DNA of 64,000 nt, taken from the NCBI GenBank assembly GCA_963765675.1, contig CAVXXK010000001.1, forward strand, positions 1,184,001-1,248,000, in the 5' to 3' direction. The position numbers and the translations under genes are program-made. Every line of letters begins with the position of its first letter. The stretch's first letter is position 1. Below are positions 62,236-64,000 of the stretch, in pieces. This stretch comes from an uncultured delta proteobacterium. GTDB lineage: Bacteria > Desulfobacterota > Binatia > Binatales > Binataceae. Under the pieces are notes generated by a model. The model saw only the letters and a list, made by a program, of their open reading frames with translations, made no database searches and was not told where the DNA came from.

Positions 62236-64000
62236 CTACGCGGCGGACGCCGCGATCGGGCGCGCAGTGCGTCGCGCGACCGGGACGCGCGAAAGCTCGT
62301 AGTCCAGATCCTCGAACAACTGCTCCAGGCGCCGAAGCGACGCGATCTCGGACATCAGCTCCAGGCGCATCGGTGTCGGCCACCCGGCGATTTGCGCGAA
62401 GCTGTTCGCGCCGACGTCCCGGGTGAAGTCGGAAAGTGGACCGTCAATATCGCGAGGTGCACGCTGGTTTGTGATCGCGATCGCTGCTCGGCTGCTGCGG
62501 CAATTGGGACCGTCAAAATGATCACGCCATGATTCGAGCCGCGCGCGCATCGCAGCCAGCACCTGGCCGCGAGCGGCTTCGGTTTCCGGCGATAACGCGG
62601 GCATCGGCGCCGCGATTCGCTCTCTGCTGATCGCGCTCACGCGATGCGCGATACGCCGCAGCGTGCCAGAAGCATTGACGGTCGCGTCGGGATCGATACT
62701 GCTCGCCCGCCCCTCGATACGCGCGTCATCCGCGATACTGAGCAGATCGGCGAGTTGCCGCGTGATACCGCCGCTGACCTCGTGGATTTTCCGCACCGAT
62801 GTAGCCGCGGCACCATCCGGCATCAGGTCCAGCGTCGCGTGCAGGATCTTGCGCAGCTTCGGCAGCAGCGAGTCGCCTGAGTACTCCGGCCATATGAGGA
62901 TGAACACCGCAGTCAGCACGAGCATCGCGAGCATGATTCCCCATACGCGATAAAGCGGGACCGTGATCGCCTCGCTCGGACTGATTCCCGCCCACGTGAA
63001 CACGAATGCGCTGCCCATCTGGCGGCCGGCGTATGCGAATTGTCCGTTGCCGAGTCCCAGGTAATCGGCCAGGAACAAACCCATGAAGGTCACCAGCATA
63101 TACACCGGAAGGGTCTCGAAGTTCGGTGTCACCACCACAATCGCCAGCAGCGCGAACGCGCCGCCGCATGCGTTGCCAACCAGCCGCAGGAGCATCTTGT
63201 TGAGCGTCGCGCCGTAGGTCGGCAGTCCGGCGATGATGATGGTGGTGATAATTACCGAGAGATCGGCGCGCTGGCTCGCGACGCCGATCGACGAACCCGA
63301 TTACGATCGCGAGCGCCACCTTTAGCGCGTAGCGGAGCAGCGCCGGATCAAGCTCATAAGTTTGCCGTGGCGGCGCGACCGCATCGGTCAGCCAGGGTTC
63401 TTCGATACCATGGATGAGCAGTTCTCCGGTCTGCCGCAATCCGTCCGCAAACGAACCCATGTTGGCGGCCTCGGCCGGAGTCGACGCTGCGAGCAGGGCG
63501 GGGCGGACCTGGGCAATCCGGGCCTCGAGCGCGCCGATCGCAGGGTGCACGGCCGCGATGGCGGCGAAGGCGTTGTTCTCGCCGTAGGAAATCACACCGC
63601 GCGCGCGTTCCGCCGCGCGTTCGTCAAACGCCGCATCGAGCGCGCGGACCGTGGCTTCGATTTGGGATTGCACCATCGTGCGTGCAACCCGCGGCAGCGG
63701 ATCGATCGCGGCGATTGTCAGGCTGTCGACGGCGATATGCAGCCGTTCGGCCAATGTGATCGCGCCCAGGAGCACGGCGCGCCGCTGGGGCGTGGCGCCC
63801 TCCTGCACCGCGCGTTCGAGGAGAGCCAGATGCGCGGGCATGTCGGAGAGAAATCCGGGAGTCCGCACTCCCGAGTTTCCCGGCGGCGCGAAAAAAGCGA
63901 CCGTCGCCACGTCGAGCCGCCGGCGCGTGCGCGCCAAGTTATGCCCGAGCATCACGATCAGCTCTGCGTCCGCCGGATTGGGCCACAGCACGACGTCGAA
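62236..64000 (-). CDS. FUSC (aromatic acid exporter-like) family membrane protein, 5' end outside window, +1 frameshift at ~63290
   Basis: DPALLRYALKVALA, then in the other frame IGVASQRADLSVIITTIIIAGLPTYGATLNKMLLRLVG..LIWPE. Confidence 0.75.

Noticed and set aside
63230-63255. Apparent poly-His (NYHHHHH) in ORF 62726-63991
   Set aside because: It results from the frameshift. The correct frame reads IITTIII, a TM segment.

Overview
A GC-rich bacterial window with about 55 protein-coding genes. I found no rRNA, tRNA, CRISPR array, transposase or integrase. The mix of LLM oxidoreductases, amidohydrolases, hotdog-fold proteins and a zinc-ribbon/cyclase/STAND/TPR gene resembles Candidatus Binatia (Binataceae) genomes; this is an inference. 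The window has four blocks. (1) 1-4.5 kb: catabolic genes and an unusual GNAT. (2) 4.67-28.3 kb: a coherent envelope module with three secreted Cys-type sulfatases, a FadL-type channel, two related putative beta-barrel genes (one a pseudogene), three lipoproteins, a GAF kinase with FixJ-type and stand-alone response regulators, an 8-heme c-type cytochrome with HEAT/TPR repeats, pqiA-pqiA-pqiB-pqiC, a K+-channel protein and a DUF4239-like protein. Three of its promoter regions share the palindrome TTGTAC-N4-GTACAA, and no sulfatase-maturing enzyme is encoded in the window. This is the best candidate for an undescribed system. (3) 28.7-57.5 kb: flavin, Rieske and Baeyer-Villiger oxygenases, amidohydrolases, CoA-ester enzymes, an EmrAB-type pump and a PhlABC-like thiolase module, with short C-terminal gene remnants at junctions. 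(4) 57.7-64 kb: tandem RRM genes, a STAND/TPR gene with a deleted cyclase core and a FUSC-family gene. Five single-base insertions after 42 kb may be sequencing errors. All product calls come from recognising motifs by eye, not from database searches.
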